This document shows, piece after piece, positions 1-9,545 of a DNA stretch of 64,000 nucleotides. The stretch comes from Deltaproteobacteria bacterium. GTDB taxonomy: Bacteria > Myxococcota_A > Polyangia > Polyangiales > Polyangiaceae. Below the pieces are notes generated by a model. It saw nothing but the letters and a program-made list of their open reading frames with translations, had not been told where the DNA came from and ran no database searches. The DNA lies in assembly GCA_016875405.1 (NCBI GenBank), contig VGRJ01000016.1, positions 1,128-65,127 of the forward strand. The letters are read 5' to 3'. The stretch's first letter is position 1. Each line of letters starts with the position of its first letter. Position numbers and translations under genes: made by a program.

Positions 1-90
1 CAGCGGGCGTCGTGCGAGGCGTTCGTCGATCGGGCCGAGGCGACCACCTGCGAGACCGAGGTCGACGTCTTCACGATCGTGTGTGACTAG
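1..90 (+). CDS. 3' end (last 29 codons) of an unidentified upstream gene
   Basis: Frame +1 is open from the window edge to TAG 88-90 with G/C-rich third positions (..CEAFVDRAEATTCETEVDVFTIVCD*). Too short for a family call. Confidence 0.3.
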   Translation, partial: QRASCEAFVDRAEATTCETEVDVFTIVCD

Positions 91-189
91 GGCGCGTCGG
101 CCCTGCCTCGTCGCACCCGGCCGCTGCGGCGCGACGTCGCCACGATTGTATGCGTCGCGGGGTTCGAGCGTGCCATACTATCGGCCCCC

Positions 190-3100
190 ATGCGGCTCGG
201 GATCATCGCCGCGGCAGCGGCCAGTGGAACGTCGAACCCCGTCCTCGGCGAGCGTGACGCGCAGCTCGTGAAGGAGCGCCTCGTCCTCGAGGATATGGGG
301 TTCCTCGTGCACGACATCGACCCGGCGAGTGACATGGCCGAGCAGGTCGATGCGCTGCTGGCGGACTACTCGGGTCAGCTTGACGAAGTTCTGTTCTACG
401 TGTCGGCGCTAGTGGTGACGCTCGACGATGGCCAGTGTTTCGTGTGCCTGGACGCCACGAACCCGGACGTCGGTGACTCGGTCCACGACGTCGTGGCCGC
501 GCTGGCGGAGCACGTCGATAGTCGCATCTTGATGGTGGTCGAGGGCCGCCACGAGGCGAAGACCGCGGACGAGCTTCGTGCCGCAGCGGCGATCGTGCGT
601 GACGCCGTAGACTCCCCAAGCACCGGAATCGAGGCGATCATCGCGCTCCGAACCGTCGGCGCGCACCACGAGCGAATCCCTTCGCGCTTCACGGTCGGGC
701 TCCTCGAGGAGGTCGACGACTGGGCCGGCGGACTGGTCGCGAAGCAGGTGTACGCCGCGGTGCTCCAGCGCGCGGATCTCGGCAGCTGGGCCCGCGCCGA
801 GCTGTACGCCTCGGGCCGCCAGTCGCTGTCCTTGCGTGACCCTTCGATTTACCCGGTCGCCCCGAGCCCGAACCTGGGACCTGCGCGATCGTCGAAGGCC
901 GCTCTGCCGGAGCCACGCGGCGAAGAGCCGCCGCAACCTCCGAAGCGCGCCGCAAAGCCCGAGCCCGAGCCGCCGGCCCCCCCTACGGAGGCGCCGTTCT
1001 TCCCGCCACCGATGCCCGTTCCGGATTTGAGCGGCGGAGAGTCCGCGACCTCCGCGCCGAAGAAGGGAGCGGCGCGCCGGCCGGCTCCTCCCTCCGAGCG
1101 CGTCGACGCCGCGACCGTCACCGTCGGTGAAAAGCGGAGGCCCGCGCCGCAGCCCCTAGCCGATCCGGCCCTCCCGAAGGTGGTGATCTCGCCGAAGGTC
1201 GATCCGAGGCGGCGCCCCACGCTGCGCCGGATCGATGTCGACGTGAAGGCGCGCCTGGCCGAGGGCCCGGGTGCACTCGAAGCCGCGCTGGCGCAGCAGT
1301 CCGCGTCCCTCGACGGCGACTCCGTGCCGCCGCCCGCGCCGAGCGACCCCTCGGCGACCGAGACGGATGAACGCGGCGAGGACGAGTGCGTCCCGCCGCC
1401 CATCGAGGAGCCGCCGCTCCCGCCGAAGCGCGGCGCGCGCAAGCCGGCCCTGCTGCTCGAGGACGAGAGTTGGGCTGCACCGGAGACGACACGCTCGGCC
1501 GTCGGCCCGCAGACCGACGTCACGCCGACCACGCTCGAGCCGGTGCCGCCTGCGCGCCCTCCCCTCGAGGCGTTGCCGCCCGAGCGACCATCCGCCGCGC
1601 GGCTTCAAAAGAAGGTGACCGAGTGGACGGTCGACGAGCACCTCGAAGCCGGAGACGAGCACTTCGCGCAGGAGGATTTCGACCAGAGCCTCGCGGAGTA
1701 CAAGAAGGCGCTCGGAAAGCTCGGGACGTCGTCGAGCCCGGCCCGTGCCGAGCTCTACGTGCGCGTCGGCGAGGTGAATCGCGCCCAGGGCAACGCGCGT
1801 CTCGCGATGTCGAATTTCGAGAAGGCGCTCGCGATCGTGCCGACCCTCGAGCGTGCGCTCGCCGGTGTGCTCGAGTGCCATGTCGCACAGCGAAACTGGC
1901 GCGCCCTGACCGTGGCCGAGGACAAACTTCTCGCGGCGCTCGAACCCGACTCCGAGGAGCGCGTCGAGCGGCTTCTCGAGTTCGGTGAGCGCGCCCTCGA
2001 GAACGAGAACCTCGAGCACGCTCGCTCACGCTTCAGCGCCGCTCGCTCTGCCGCGCCCTCGGATGTCCGACCGCTCGAGCGGCTGCTCGCACTCGCCGAA
2101 CAGGCTGACGAGCGCGACACCATCCTCTCGCTTCGGGCCGAGCTCATCGACCACCTCTCGGATCCGGCCGAACGAGCGCGGGCGTCGCTGAATCTCGCCA
2201 CGCTGTGCATCGAGTCCGGCGACCACGAGGAGCAGGCCCTGCAGCTGCTGGAGCGCGCGCTCGACGACGCGCCCGGCGAGCTCGAAGCCCTCGAGACGCT
2301 CGCGTCGATCTTGGCGGAGAATCAGGAGTGGGCCGAGCTCGAGCGCATCTACCGGAAGGTGATCGCTGCCTACGAGCCCTACGTCACGGACGAGGGCGTC
2401 CCCGAGCGCATCGTCCTCGCCGAGCTGCATCGCAAGCTCGCCCTGCTCTTCCGCGATCACCTCGAAGACCCCGAGCACGCGCTCGCCGCGCTCGACGAGG
2501 AGTTCGCGCTGCGCCCCGACGATCTCAAGGGCCGCCTGCTCGCGGCCGAGCTCGCGACCGAGCTCAAACAACCTGCCCAGGCGCTCGTTCATCTGCGGTA
2601 CGCCTCGGAGCTCGACCCGCTTCACGTCGAGACCTATCGACGGCTCCATGCCCTCGGCCAGCAATTCTCCGAACCCGAGACGGCCTACCTCGCCGCGAGT
2701 GTCCTCCACGCGCTAAGCGAGGCCGACGACGCCGAGCGCGCGACCTACGAGGCGAACCGCGTGCAAGGTGTCCCTGCGCACCAGCGCCCGCTCCGCCGCG
2801 AGGCCTGGGCCTGGCTGCGAACGAAGCATCACGACACGCTGGTCGACCGGGTCATGCGCGCGATCGCGCCGTCCGTGCTGCGCGCGCGCGTGCTGCAGCT
2901 CGAGGAGAAGAAGAGGCTCCCCGCCCTGCCCGAGCGACAAGACCCGAAGACCAGCACGGCGAGCGTCGTGCGCTCGATCGGGTGGGCGAGCCAGTTCCTC
3001 GGCGTGGAGCCGCCCGCGATCTACCTCGACGACAAGGTCGAGGTGCCGCTGTCGGCGCGCTTCGCCCGACACCAAGCCATGGTTGTGGGCAAGACCGCCA

Positions 3101-3636
3101 TGCGCGGTCGCAGCATCGGCGAGCTCGCGTTTCTCGCGGGGCGTCACCTCGCGCTCCGCCAGTCCGAGCACGAGCTGGTGTCCCACATGGCGTCGATCGA
3201 CGAGCTCTCGGCGTGTTTTCTCGCGGCGGTGAAGCTCACCCTCGGCGCAGCCCCGAGTGGCCCGCTCGCGGCGATCGTCGACGCGCTCGCCGCCACGCTC
3301 GCGTCGCAGACTTCCCGCGAAGAGCGCTCCGAGCTCGACGCCGCCGTCAAGGCCCTGACGAAGAAGAGCGCGCAGCTCGATCTGACGGCCTGGGTCGGAG
3401 CCGTCGAACGCTGCGCCACCCGCGCGGGCTACGTCCTCTGCGGAGACCTCGAGCTCGCGATCAAGCTCGTCGAGGCCGAGGGGGACAGCGCGTTTTCGAC
3501 CGCACGAGAGCGCATCGCCGACCTATGTTCGTTCACGGCGAGCGGCGCTCACACGAAGCTTAGACAAGAGCTCGGCTCGAGCCTCGTCGGGCGCGCAGAG
3601 TTGCCGCGCATCAGTGTCCCGCCTCCGGGGCGTTAA
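190..3636 (+). CDS. Large multidomain protein: degenerate caspase/CHAT-like N-domain, Pro-rich linker, TPR-rich C-terminal half
   Basis: 1148-codon ORF with ATG at 190 and strong GC3 bias. The N-terminus follows a peptidase-C14-like layout (RLGIIAAAA..NDx-like..LFYVSALVV..LMVVEGRHE) but has no His/Cys dyad. Residues ~230-470 are Pro/Ala/Glu-rich. TPR-like helices follow (FDQSLAEYKKALGKLG, ARLAMSNFEKALAIVP, LEHARSRFSAARSA). Confidence 0.8.
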   Translation: MRLGIIAAAAASGTSNPVLGERDAQLVKERLVLEDMGFLVHDIDPASDMAEQVDALLADYSGQLDEVLFYVSALVVTLDDGQCFVCLDATNPDVGDSVHDVVAALAEHVDSRILMVVEGRHEAKTADELRAAAAIVRDAVDSPSTGIEAIIALRTVGAHHERIPSRFTVGLLEEVDDWAGGLVAKQVYAAVLQRADLGSWARAELYASGRQSLSLRDPSIYPVAPSPNLGPARSSKAALPEPRGEEPPQPPKRAAKPEPEPPAPPTEAPFFPPPMPVPDLSGGESATSAPKKGAARRPAPPSERVDAATVTVGEKRRPAPQPLADPALPKVVISPKVDPRRRPTLRRIDVDVKARLAEGPGALEAALAQQSASLDGDSVPPPAPSDPSATETDERGEDECVPPPIEEPPLPPKRGARKPALLLEDESWAAPETTRSAVGPQTDVTPTTLEPVPPARPPLEALPPERPSAARLQKKVTEWTVDEHLEAGDEHFAQEDFDQSLAEYKKALGKLGTSSSPARAELYVRVGEVNRAQGNARLAMSNFEKALAIVPTLERALAGVLECHVAQRNWRALTVAEDKLLAALEPDSEERVERLLEFGERALENENLEHARSRFSAARSAAPSDVRPLERLLALAEQADERDTILSLRAELIDHLSDPAERARASLNLATLCIESGDHEEQALQLLERALDDAPGELEALETLASILAENQEWAELERIYRKVIAAYEPYVTDEGVPERIVLAELHRKLALLFRDHLEDPEHALAALDEEFALRPDDLKGRLLAAELATELKQPAQALVHLRYASELDPLHVETYRRLHALGQQFSEPETAYLAASVLHALSEADDAERATYEANRVQGVPAHQRPLRREAWAWLRTKHHDTLVDRVMRAIAPSVLRARVLQLEEKKRLPALPERQDPKTSTASVVRSIGWASQFLGVEPPAIYLDDKVEVPLSARFARHQAMVVGKTAMRGRSIGELAFLAGRHLALRQSEHELVSHMASIDELSACFLAAVKLTLGAAPSGPLAAIVDALAATLASQTSREERSELDAAVKALTKKSAQLDLTAWVGAVERCATRAGYVLCGDLELAIKLVEAEGDSAFSTARERIADLCSFTASGAHTKLRQELGSSLVGRAELPRISVPPPGR

Positions 3637-3671
3637 GCCAGTGGCTCGCCGCGCGAAGCTCGTCGTGGGCG

Positions 3672-5852
3672 TCAGCGGCCCGCGACGAACTCGACGAGGC
3701 TGCGTTCGCTCGGCTCCCGGCCGATGAATTCGCGCCACACCGAGCGCGGCTCGCGTGCGCCGCCGTGCACGAGCACCCCTGCCTCGAACCCGCGAATGGC
3801 CGTCGGATCTGGGACGCCAGGCATGGCCATGCGCGTGAGCCCCTCGCGAGCGAGCATGCTCGACCAAGCGTATCCGTAGTAGCGCCCGTCGTAACCGACG
3901 AGGTGCGCAAAGCTCGACTGCAGGTGCGTCCCGTCGACCGGGACGAAGGGCGTGTGCTCCCGCTCCATGGTCCGAAGGAGCTCCGTCGCGTCGAACGGCG
4001 GCTCCGCGGTGTGGAGCGCCAAGTCTACCCGCGCGAGGTAGAGCTGCCTCGAGAGCGCGAGCGCAGCGCCGACGCGGCGCGAGGCGATCGCGGCGTCGAG
4101 GAGCGACGGTGGCGCGGGCTTGCCCGTCTGGCGATGACGAGCGAGCCGCTCCAACACCGGTCGTGACCAGGCCCATTCCTCGAGGATCAGCGCGGGGGCT
4201 TCGACGGCGTCTATCGGCATCCGCGTCCCCGAGAAGCTCGCGAGCTCGTTCGTCGTGAGCAGCTGCTGCAGCGCGTGGCCGAGCTCGTGAAACAACACCT
4301 GAACATGCTCGTGCGCCATCGGCTCGCGCGGTCCCGGCATCCGCGCGATTACGGCAGCGGCCGGCAGCTGGGTGCGTCCCTCGGCGAGGCGACCCCGCGT
4401 CTTCACGGCGAACGTCGCGGGCTCCGCGGGTTTGTCCGGTCGCGTGGTGAGATCGAGGTACAGCCGTCCCACCGGCGCCCCTCCACGCGTCACATCGTAG
4501 GCACGCACCGTCGGCTCCCAGGTCGAGACGGAGACCTCCTGGAAAGCGAGCCCGAACGTGTCGCCGGTCAGCGCGAGGGCGACCTGGGTGACGTGGTTGA
4601 CCTCGAGGTGCTCCGCGAGCCGCGCCGCGTCGTGCCTGAAGCGTCGGGCCCGAAGCCGCTCGACGAGGAACGGCCGATCTGCGTCCCCGAGCTCCACCCA
4701 CGGCCCCGCGACCTCCTTGCGCAGGAGCTCGTCTCGAAGCTCACCCGCCTCTCGTGCGACGTGGGGTGCGATCGCCGCCTCGAGGCGGTCTAGAAACCCA
4801 CGCACCTCGCGTGCGCTCCCAGCCGAGTCGCCCGCGGTGACGAGGTCGACCCAGCTGTCGAATCCGAGCACCTTCGCTTTCTCACGGCGCAACGCGAGCA
4901 TGCGGTCCACGCGCGCGACGTTCGCATCGCCTCCGCGATTGACCTGCTTTACGTAGAGCTCACGCGCGAGCTTGCGGGTGCGCGCGAAGGTGACGAACTC
5001 TCGTACGTCGTCGGCGTCGCCTCCGACCCTCACCTTCCCGTCGGCGCTGGGCGGGTGAGCTTTTCGGTACGCGTCCGACGTGCCGGCAAGTGCCTCCGCG
5101 GGGATCCTCAGCACCGCGCGCGCCGCGGCAAGCGCAGCCGAGAACGCTTGCTCGGACGCCGTCAGCTCGGCCTCGAGGGTGGCGAGCCTCGCCCGCACCT
5201 CGGGCGAGAGGTGCGCTCCTGCGCGGCGCGACGCCGCGACGACGCGCTCGACGAACCTTCGACGCTCCTCGGTCTCGGGGCGGACGGCCGTCGCGGCCCG
5301 CGCGACGACGGCGGCGAGCCCCGGGTCGCGCGCGAACTCAGACTCGAGCGCCTGCACCTGCGCCTCGCATGCCGCCCCGGCCGCTCGCACTGCCGCGTCC
5401 GGATGGACGAACCCGAGCAGCGACGGGACCTCCACGGCGTTCGCGAGCGCGAGCCGTGCCTCGTCGAGTCGCCCGAAGGTCGTCTGCCAGGCGAGCGGCT
5501 CTCGAGCCCCGGCGAGCGAGGCGACCGCGGCGAAGCGAGCGCGGGCAGCGACGAGGTTTGCCTCACAAAGGCGTCGGACGCCTTCTGGATCGCGCGCGAC
5601 GTCGAGGGGCTCGGTCGACGGCAGCTCCGGCAACGCGACGCTCGCGGGCGGCATCGTCGCCGTCATCGTCGGACCGTCGACGTGTGACGGCCCGCGCGCC
5701 GCGCTCGCCGTCGTCACCGGTGGGGTGATTTTTGGCGGGCTGCTCGGCGGCGGGCCGTGGCAAGCCGTCGTGCTGACGAGCGCCGCAGCGAGGCACCACG
5801 ACCGAAGGCGGAGCGCCTCGCGGTCTAGGGGACTCGCCGACGAGCGCGTCAC
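3672..5852 (-). CDS. M3-family zinc metallopeptidase (oligopeptidase A / Dcp-like), lipoprotein
   Basis: FHELGHALQQ (HEXXH) sits in an M3-like context. N-terminal lipobox is LVSTTAC. The GTG start at 5852 lies one nt from the stop of the upstream gene. Confidence 0.9.
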   Translation of the reverse strand: MTRSSASPLDREALRLRSWCLAAALVSTTACHGPPPSSPPKITPPVTTASAARGPSHVDGPTMTATMPPASVALPELPSTEPLDVARDPEGVRRLCEANLVAARARFAAVASLAGAREPLAWQTTFGRLDEARLALANAVEVPSLLGFVHPDAAVRAAGAACEAQVQALESEFARDPGLAAVVARAATAVRPETEERRRFVERVVAASRRAGAHLSPEVRARLATLEAELTASEQAFSAALAAARAVLRIPAEALAGTSDAYRKAHPPSADGKVRVGGDADDVREFVTFARTRKLARELYVKQVNRGGDANVARVDRMLALRREKAKVLGFDSWVDLVTAGDSAGSAREVRGFLDRLEAAIAPHVAREAGELRDELLRKEVAGPWVELGDADRPFLVERLRARRFRHDAARLAEHLEVNHVTQVALALTGDTFGLAFQEVSVSTWEPTVRAYDVTRGGAPVGRLYLDLTTRPDKPAEPATFAVKTRGRLAEGRTQLPAAAVIARMPGPREPMAHEHVQVLFHELGHALQQLLTTNELASFSGTRMPIDAVEAPALILEEWAWSRPVLERLARHRQTGKPAPPSLLDAAIASRRVGAALALSRQLYLARVDLALHTAEPPFDATELLRTMEREHTPFVPVDGTHLQSSFAHLVGYDGRYYGYAWSSMLAREGLTRMAMPGVPDPTAIRGFEAGVLVHGGAREPRSVWREFIGREPSERSLVEFVAGR

Positions 5853-5853
5853 G

Positions 5854-7386
5854 TCAAGGCGACTGCGTGTGAAGGCCGCACTGGTACCAGGCGAGCGTGG
5901 CGCCGCCCATGATGGGCGTCAGCGCGCTGAGCTTTAGGTAGTAGGTGCCGGTCGTCGCGGCCTTGACTGCGTTGAGGCTCTTCGTCTGGCCCTCGTCGCT
6001 CCAGAGGAGAGCCTTCGTCGGGTCCTCGACCTCCTTCTGCAGCGAGGTCGTCTTGTCGGGCCCGATGAGCTCCACCGTGAAGTCCGCGACGCCCGCGCCA
6101 GCGCGACGCGCCGAGCAGACCACGATGATCTTCTCGTCCTTCTCGACGTCGAGCTTCCAGAAGTCGGTGTCGCCAGCCGGGATCCCACCGCCGATGAAGC
6201 GGTTGGTGAAGTTCGGATCGTTCTGGTTCACCTGCGGCATCGTCGCCTCGGCGCCCATCAAGGTTGCGTTCGCCGTGTCGTCGGTCTCCTGCGGGTTGAC
6301 GACGTCGCTGGTGACGGCGAGGAATGCGTAGAAGTCGTTCTCACCGACCTCGGCTCCAGCCTTGCGATTGACCTCGACCAGGTAGGTGCCGTCCGCCGTC
6401 ACCGGGATCGAGGCGAAACCGTAATCGCCGCCCGAGTTCACCTGGGCCGTGGCTTGACCGTAGTCAAGCTGCGCGAGCAGCTTCGTCCCGGTCGAGTTCC
6501 AGATGTTGACGAGGCCGATGTTGCCCGTCGAGCCATTGCCGTTGGTCGAGCCGGACGGCTGGAAGGTCAGCGACATTGCGAGGGCGCCGGTCGGGGCCTT
6601 CAGGAGGAAGACGTCCTTGTCGGTCTTCGGGTCGAGGAGACCGAAGAAGTTGCCGGCGATTTGGAGGTCCATGCCGACCGTTCGCGTCACGAGCGGCTGC
6701 GCGGCTGCCGGCGAGTCGTTCGGCTCCTTGTCAAAGGTCAAGCCAGAAAGAAGCTTGAGGTTCGCGTCGTCGTAGGGGAGCACGACGGCCGCGTACTGGT
6801 AGGTGGGGTCACCCTCGGGGTCATCGCCGGCCCAGGCGGAGAACTCTTGCACCTGCAGGCAGTACGTCCCGTCCGCGGGAACGCGGAAGTCGAAGTTCGA
6901 GTCGGTCGAGATGCGGGGGAAGCTGTCGTCCACCTCGGCGAACACGGTCTTTCCGTCGGCGCTGAGGAGCGACACGACGGTGTCGACGAGCATCGGGTCA
7001 TCGTCGGCGTTCGCGACCGTCCCGACGTTGATGTAGTCGCCCTTCTTCGCGGTGAACTTGAAGAAGTCCTTGTCGTTCGGCTCCGCGAGGATCCCCTCGG
7101 CGAACAGGTAGGAGATGCCGGACTGGTTGTTCTTACCAGCCTTCAACTCGACCGCGTCGGCGCACGACTTGCTCTCGTCATCGGGCGTCATCCCCGAGCC
7201 AGTGGACGCGGGTCCTGCGACCGACGACGTGGGACCGGCGACCGAGGAGCTCGGGCCGTTGCCGACCGACGCCGAAGCCGTCGCGCCACCGGAGCCGTCC
7301 GTATCGGAGGCCGACTCGCCTCCGCAGGCAGCCGCCGCGACCATGGTGATGAGACCCACCGCACCCAACAACTTGAAGCTCTTCAT
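5854..7386 (-). CDS. Secreted lipoprotein with several PPC (pre-peptidase C-terminal)-like beta-sandwich repeats
   Basis: ATG at 7386 is preceded by GAGGAAAT. Signal and lipobox: MKSFKLLGAVGLITMVAAAACGG. Recurrent EPND../DxDFxKx motifs (EPNDKDFFKFTAKKGDYINV, TDKDVFLLKAPTG, ENDFYAFLAV, DTDFWKLDVEKDEKIIV) with GTY(C/L/Y)L strands. Confidence 0.8.
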   Translation of the reverse strand: MKSFKLLGAVGLITMVAAAACGGESASDTDGSGGATASASVGNGPSSSVAGPTSSVAGPASTGSGMTPDDESKSCADAVELKAGKNNQSGISYLFAEGILAEPNDKDFFKFTAKKGDYINVGTVANADDDPMLVDTVVSLLSADGKTVFAEVDDSFPRISTDSNFDFRVPADGTYCLQVQEFSAWAGDDPEGDPTYQYAAVVLPYDDANLKLLSGLTFDKEPNDSPAAAQPLVTRTVGMDLQIAGNFFGLLDPKTDKDVFLLKAPTGALAMSLTFQPSGSTNGNGSTGNIGLVNIWNSTGTKLLAQLDYGQATAQVNSGGDYGFASIPVTADGTYLVEVNRKAGAEVGENDFYAFLAVTSDVVNPQETDDTANATLMGAEATMPQVNQNDPNFTNRFIGGGIPAGDTDFWKLDVEKDEKIIVVCSARRAGAGVADFTVELIGPDKTTSLQKEVEDPTKALLWSDEGQTKSLNAVKAATTGTYYLKLSALTPIMGGATLAWYQCGLHTQSP

Positions 7387-7515
7387 GATGGTGATTTCCT
7401 CTCGTCGAAGCCTCGAACGATGACGAAGCGCCCCTGGCACGCGGCGCCGCGCTCGACGCGCGCGCTGGGGAGCCGTCTATTTACGGTGAAGCCACCAGAT
7501 CGGCAAGCGCGGATC

Positions 7516-9237
7516 TCAGCGGGCACCGAACTTCTGCGGTCCGCCGGGCAAGAGGTCGGGGCCTGGCAGCGGCATCGGGGGCGTGGGGACGGGCTCCGGC
7601 TCGGTCGGCGTCGGCGGCGCACCGTTGCCCTTTAAGAGGTACGGGCGCGCAAACTGCGACGTGCACGCGAGGAACGGGTCCCGGTAGAACTCCCAGTGGA
7701 CGTAGACCCGACCGTCTGGCGACACGATCACGTCGGGCGCCTTTCCGTACGGCGAAGCCTCTTCGAGCGAGCGCAGCGCTGCGACCTCGAACGCCGTCAC
7801 GCCGCTCGGTCGAACGACGCCGGCCGTGACGAGCTTTCCGGTCGCCCCGTCGAGGATGATCTCGACGTGCGTCACGAGCTTCATGTTCGCGAGCCGAGGG
7901 TCCGGATGCCCGCCGAGCGACGCGAGGAAGCCGTCCGCGAAGATCGGGTGGATCTGGTTGTGCATCCGGTTGATGAACGAGGCGAAGGGGACGCGAGCGG
8001 CGTTCAAGCTCGTCTGGTTCCCCTCTTTGACCTGCGGGACGTAGTTCTCGATCGCCGCGCGGTACTTGCGAAAGTCGATGCCCTTCATCGAGCCGCGGTG
8101 GCGATCGAGGCGCGTCGCGTGCGCGTGGTCTGCCTCCGCCCTCAGTCGAGTGGACCCGAGCGCATCGCGCAGCCCATACGCGTCGATGCTGAAGCGGGTC
8201 GGCAGCTTGCCCGGCAGGATCATGCCGTCGAGCGCGGCGACGCCCTTCTTTCCGGCGCGCCCCGCGCGAGCCTCGGCGCGAACCCTCCCGTCGCCGCCCT
8301 CGGGGTCGAGCGTATAGGCACCTCCATCGGCCGCGACGGCCTCGGGCATCCGCTCCCCCTTGCCGCCTTCGACCGGCGCCGCGCCCTTCGTTCCCTGCAC
8401 CGCCGCACGCCCGACCCGCTCCTCAGGCGCCTTGGTGCTGCGCGCGACCGGGGTCTCTTCGACCTCACGAGGTCCAGCCTTCGCGCCAGCCTTCGGCGGG
8501 CCCTCTCCTGGGGCCTCGACCGAGTGCCCGCGTCGGTCTTCGGCCGCGTTGCCCTCCTGGGGGTCGGTGCTGCGCGCCGTCGGCTGGCCGCCACCGTCCG
8601 GCTTCGATACGTTTTGGTCGTACGAGCGGTGCGACGCCTGGGTCTCTTCCTCGGTCCGATTGGCCTGGTCCGCGATGCGCGAGGCGTCTGGGTTATCGGG
8701 CTGGTTCTGGTCGAGCGACGGATCGTTCTCGATCGCGATGCGCCCATTGGGAAGTGCCGCCGGAGGCACCGGCAGGTGCGGCGTCGCGACGACCTCTTCC
8801 GGTGGCTTTGGCTCGGTTGGCTCGGGCCTTGGCTCGAGCGGCTTCGGTGGCGCCGCTGCGGGCGTGGGCGGCGTCGGGGCGGGCGTGGGTTCGCGCTCGG
8901 TCGGCGGCGAAGGCTCGGTCGGCACGTTCGGTGAGGCGTCTTCTGGCGACTCGACGTCGTCCGGCGTCGCGGCGTCCGCGGGCACCTCGAGCGGCGCCTG
9001 CTCCGGAGCCGGCAGCGACTCGTCGACGATCTCGACCTCGATCGGCCGCCCCTGGCCCAGCACGACCCCGGAGACGTGGGAGCGCACGCCCCGCGAAAAG
9101 CGCAGGATCGACGCTTTCTCGGCGCCATGACGCGCGACCTCCGATGCCCCTTGCCCGCCGCCGAGGTGCAGCATTGCCGCGGCCGGAAGCCACAGCAAAA
9201 GCGGAATATGGGCTTCTTTTAACCGGGGCTGGGGCAT
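7516..9237 (-). CDS. TonB C-terminal-domain protein with N-terminal anchor and long Pro/Glu-rich spacer
   Basis: TM segment HIPLLLWLPAAAMLHLGG. PxP/EP-rich spacer (PTPAPTPPTPAAAPPKPLEPRPEPTEPKPPEE). C-terminus is TonB_C-like (THVEIILDGATGKLVTAGVVRPSGVTAFEVAALRSLEEASPYGKAP). Confidence 0.65.
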   Translation of the reverse strand: MPQPRLKEAHIPLLLWLPAAAMLHLGGGQGASEVARHGAEKASILRFSRGVRSHVSGVVLGQGRPIEVEIVDESLPAPEQAPLEVPADAATPDDVESPEDASPNVPTEPSPPTEREPTPAPTPPTPAAAPPKPLEPRPEPTEPKPPEEVVATPHLPVPPAALPNGRIAIENDPSLDQNQPDNPDASRIADQANRTEEETQASHRSYDQNVSKPDGGGQPTARSTDPQEGNAAEDRRGHSVEAPGEGPPKAGAKAGPREVEETPVARSTKAPEERVGRAAVQGTKGAAPVEGGKGERMPEAVAADGGAYTLDPEGGDGRVRAEARAGRAGKKGVAALDGMILPGKLPTRFSIDAYGLRDALGSTRLRAEADHAHATRLDRHRGSMKGIDFRKYRAAIENYVPQVKEGNQTSLNAARVPFASFINRMHNQIHPIFADGFLASLGGHPDPRLANMKLVTHVEIILDGATGKLVTAGVVRPSGVTAFEVAALRSLEEASPYGKAPDVIVSPDGRVYVHWEFYRDPFLACTSQFARPYLLKGNGAPPTPTEPEPVPTPPMPLPGPDLLPGGPQKFGAR

Positions 9238-9390
9238 GCCGTCCGCGACCCTGACGCGTAACCGTCATCGTAGCGCCGAAACAGGTCCCCGTCGCACTCT
9301 CCTGACGTCGGCTCCAACCGCGAAGCGCGTCGCGTCAACGAGGGCAACCCATTCCTCACGCGCCGGTCGGGCCGTACCAGGACGTCGCCA

Positions 9391-9532
9391 GCCGAAGAGC
9401 CCGTCGCCTCAGCCCGCGAGGCGGCGTCAGCCGCAGAGCCCGTCGCCTCAGCCCGCGAGGCGGCGTCAGCCGCAGAGCTCGTCACCTCAGCCCGCGAGGC
9501 GGCGTCAGCCGCAGAGCTCGTCACCTCAGCCC
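9391..9532. repeat. Intergenic 39-bp direct tandem repeat, ~3.6 copies
   Basis: Units at 9391-9429, 9430-9468, 9469-9507 and a partial unit at 9508-9532 (gccgcagagcccgtcgcctcagcccgcgaggcggcgtca). Copies 3 and 4 share two substitutions. Each unit holds small palindromes (gcggc gtca gccgc; cctc agcccgc gagg). Confidence 0.9.
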
Positions 9533-9545
9533 ACCTCGCGCGCGC

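Noticed and set aside
9391-9532. Possible CRISPR array.
   Set aside because: The units are directly abutting 39-bp copies with no unique spacers between them. No cas genes are present in the window.
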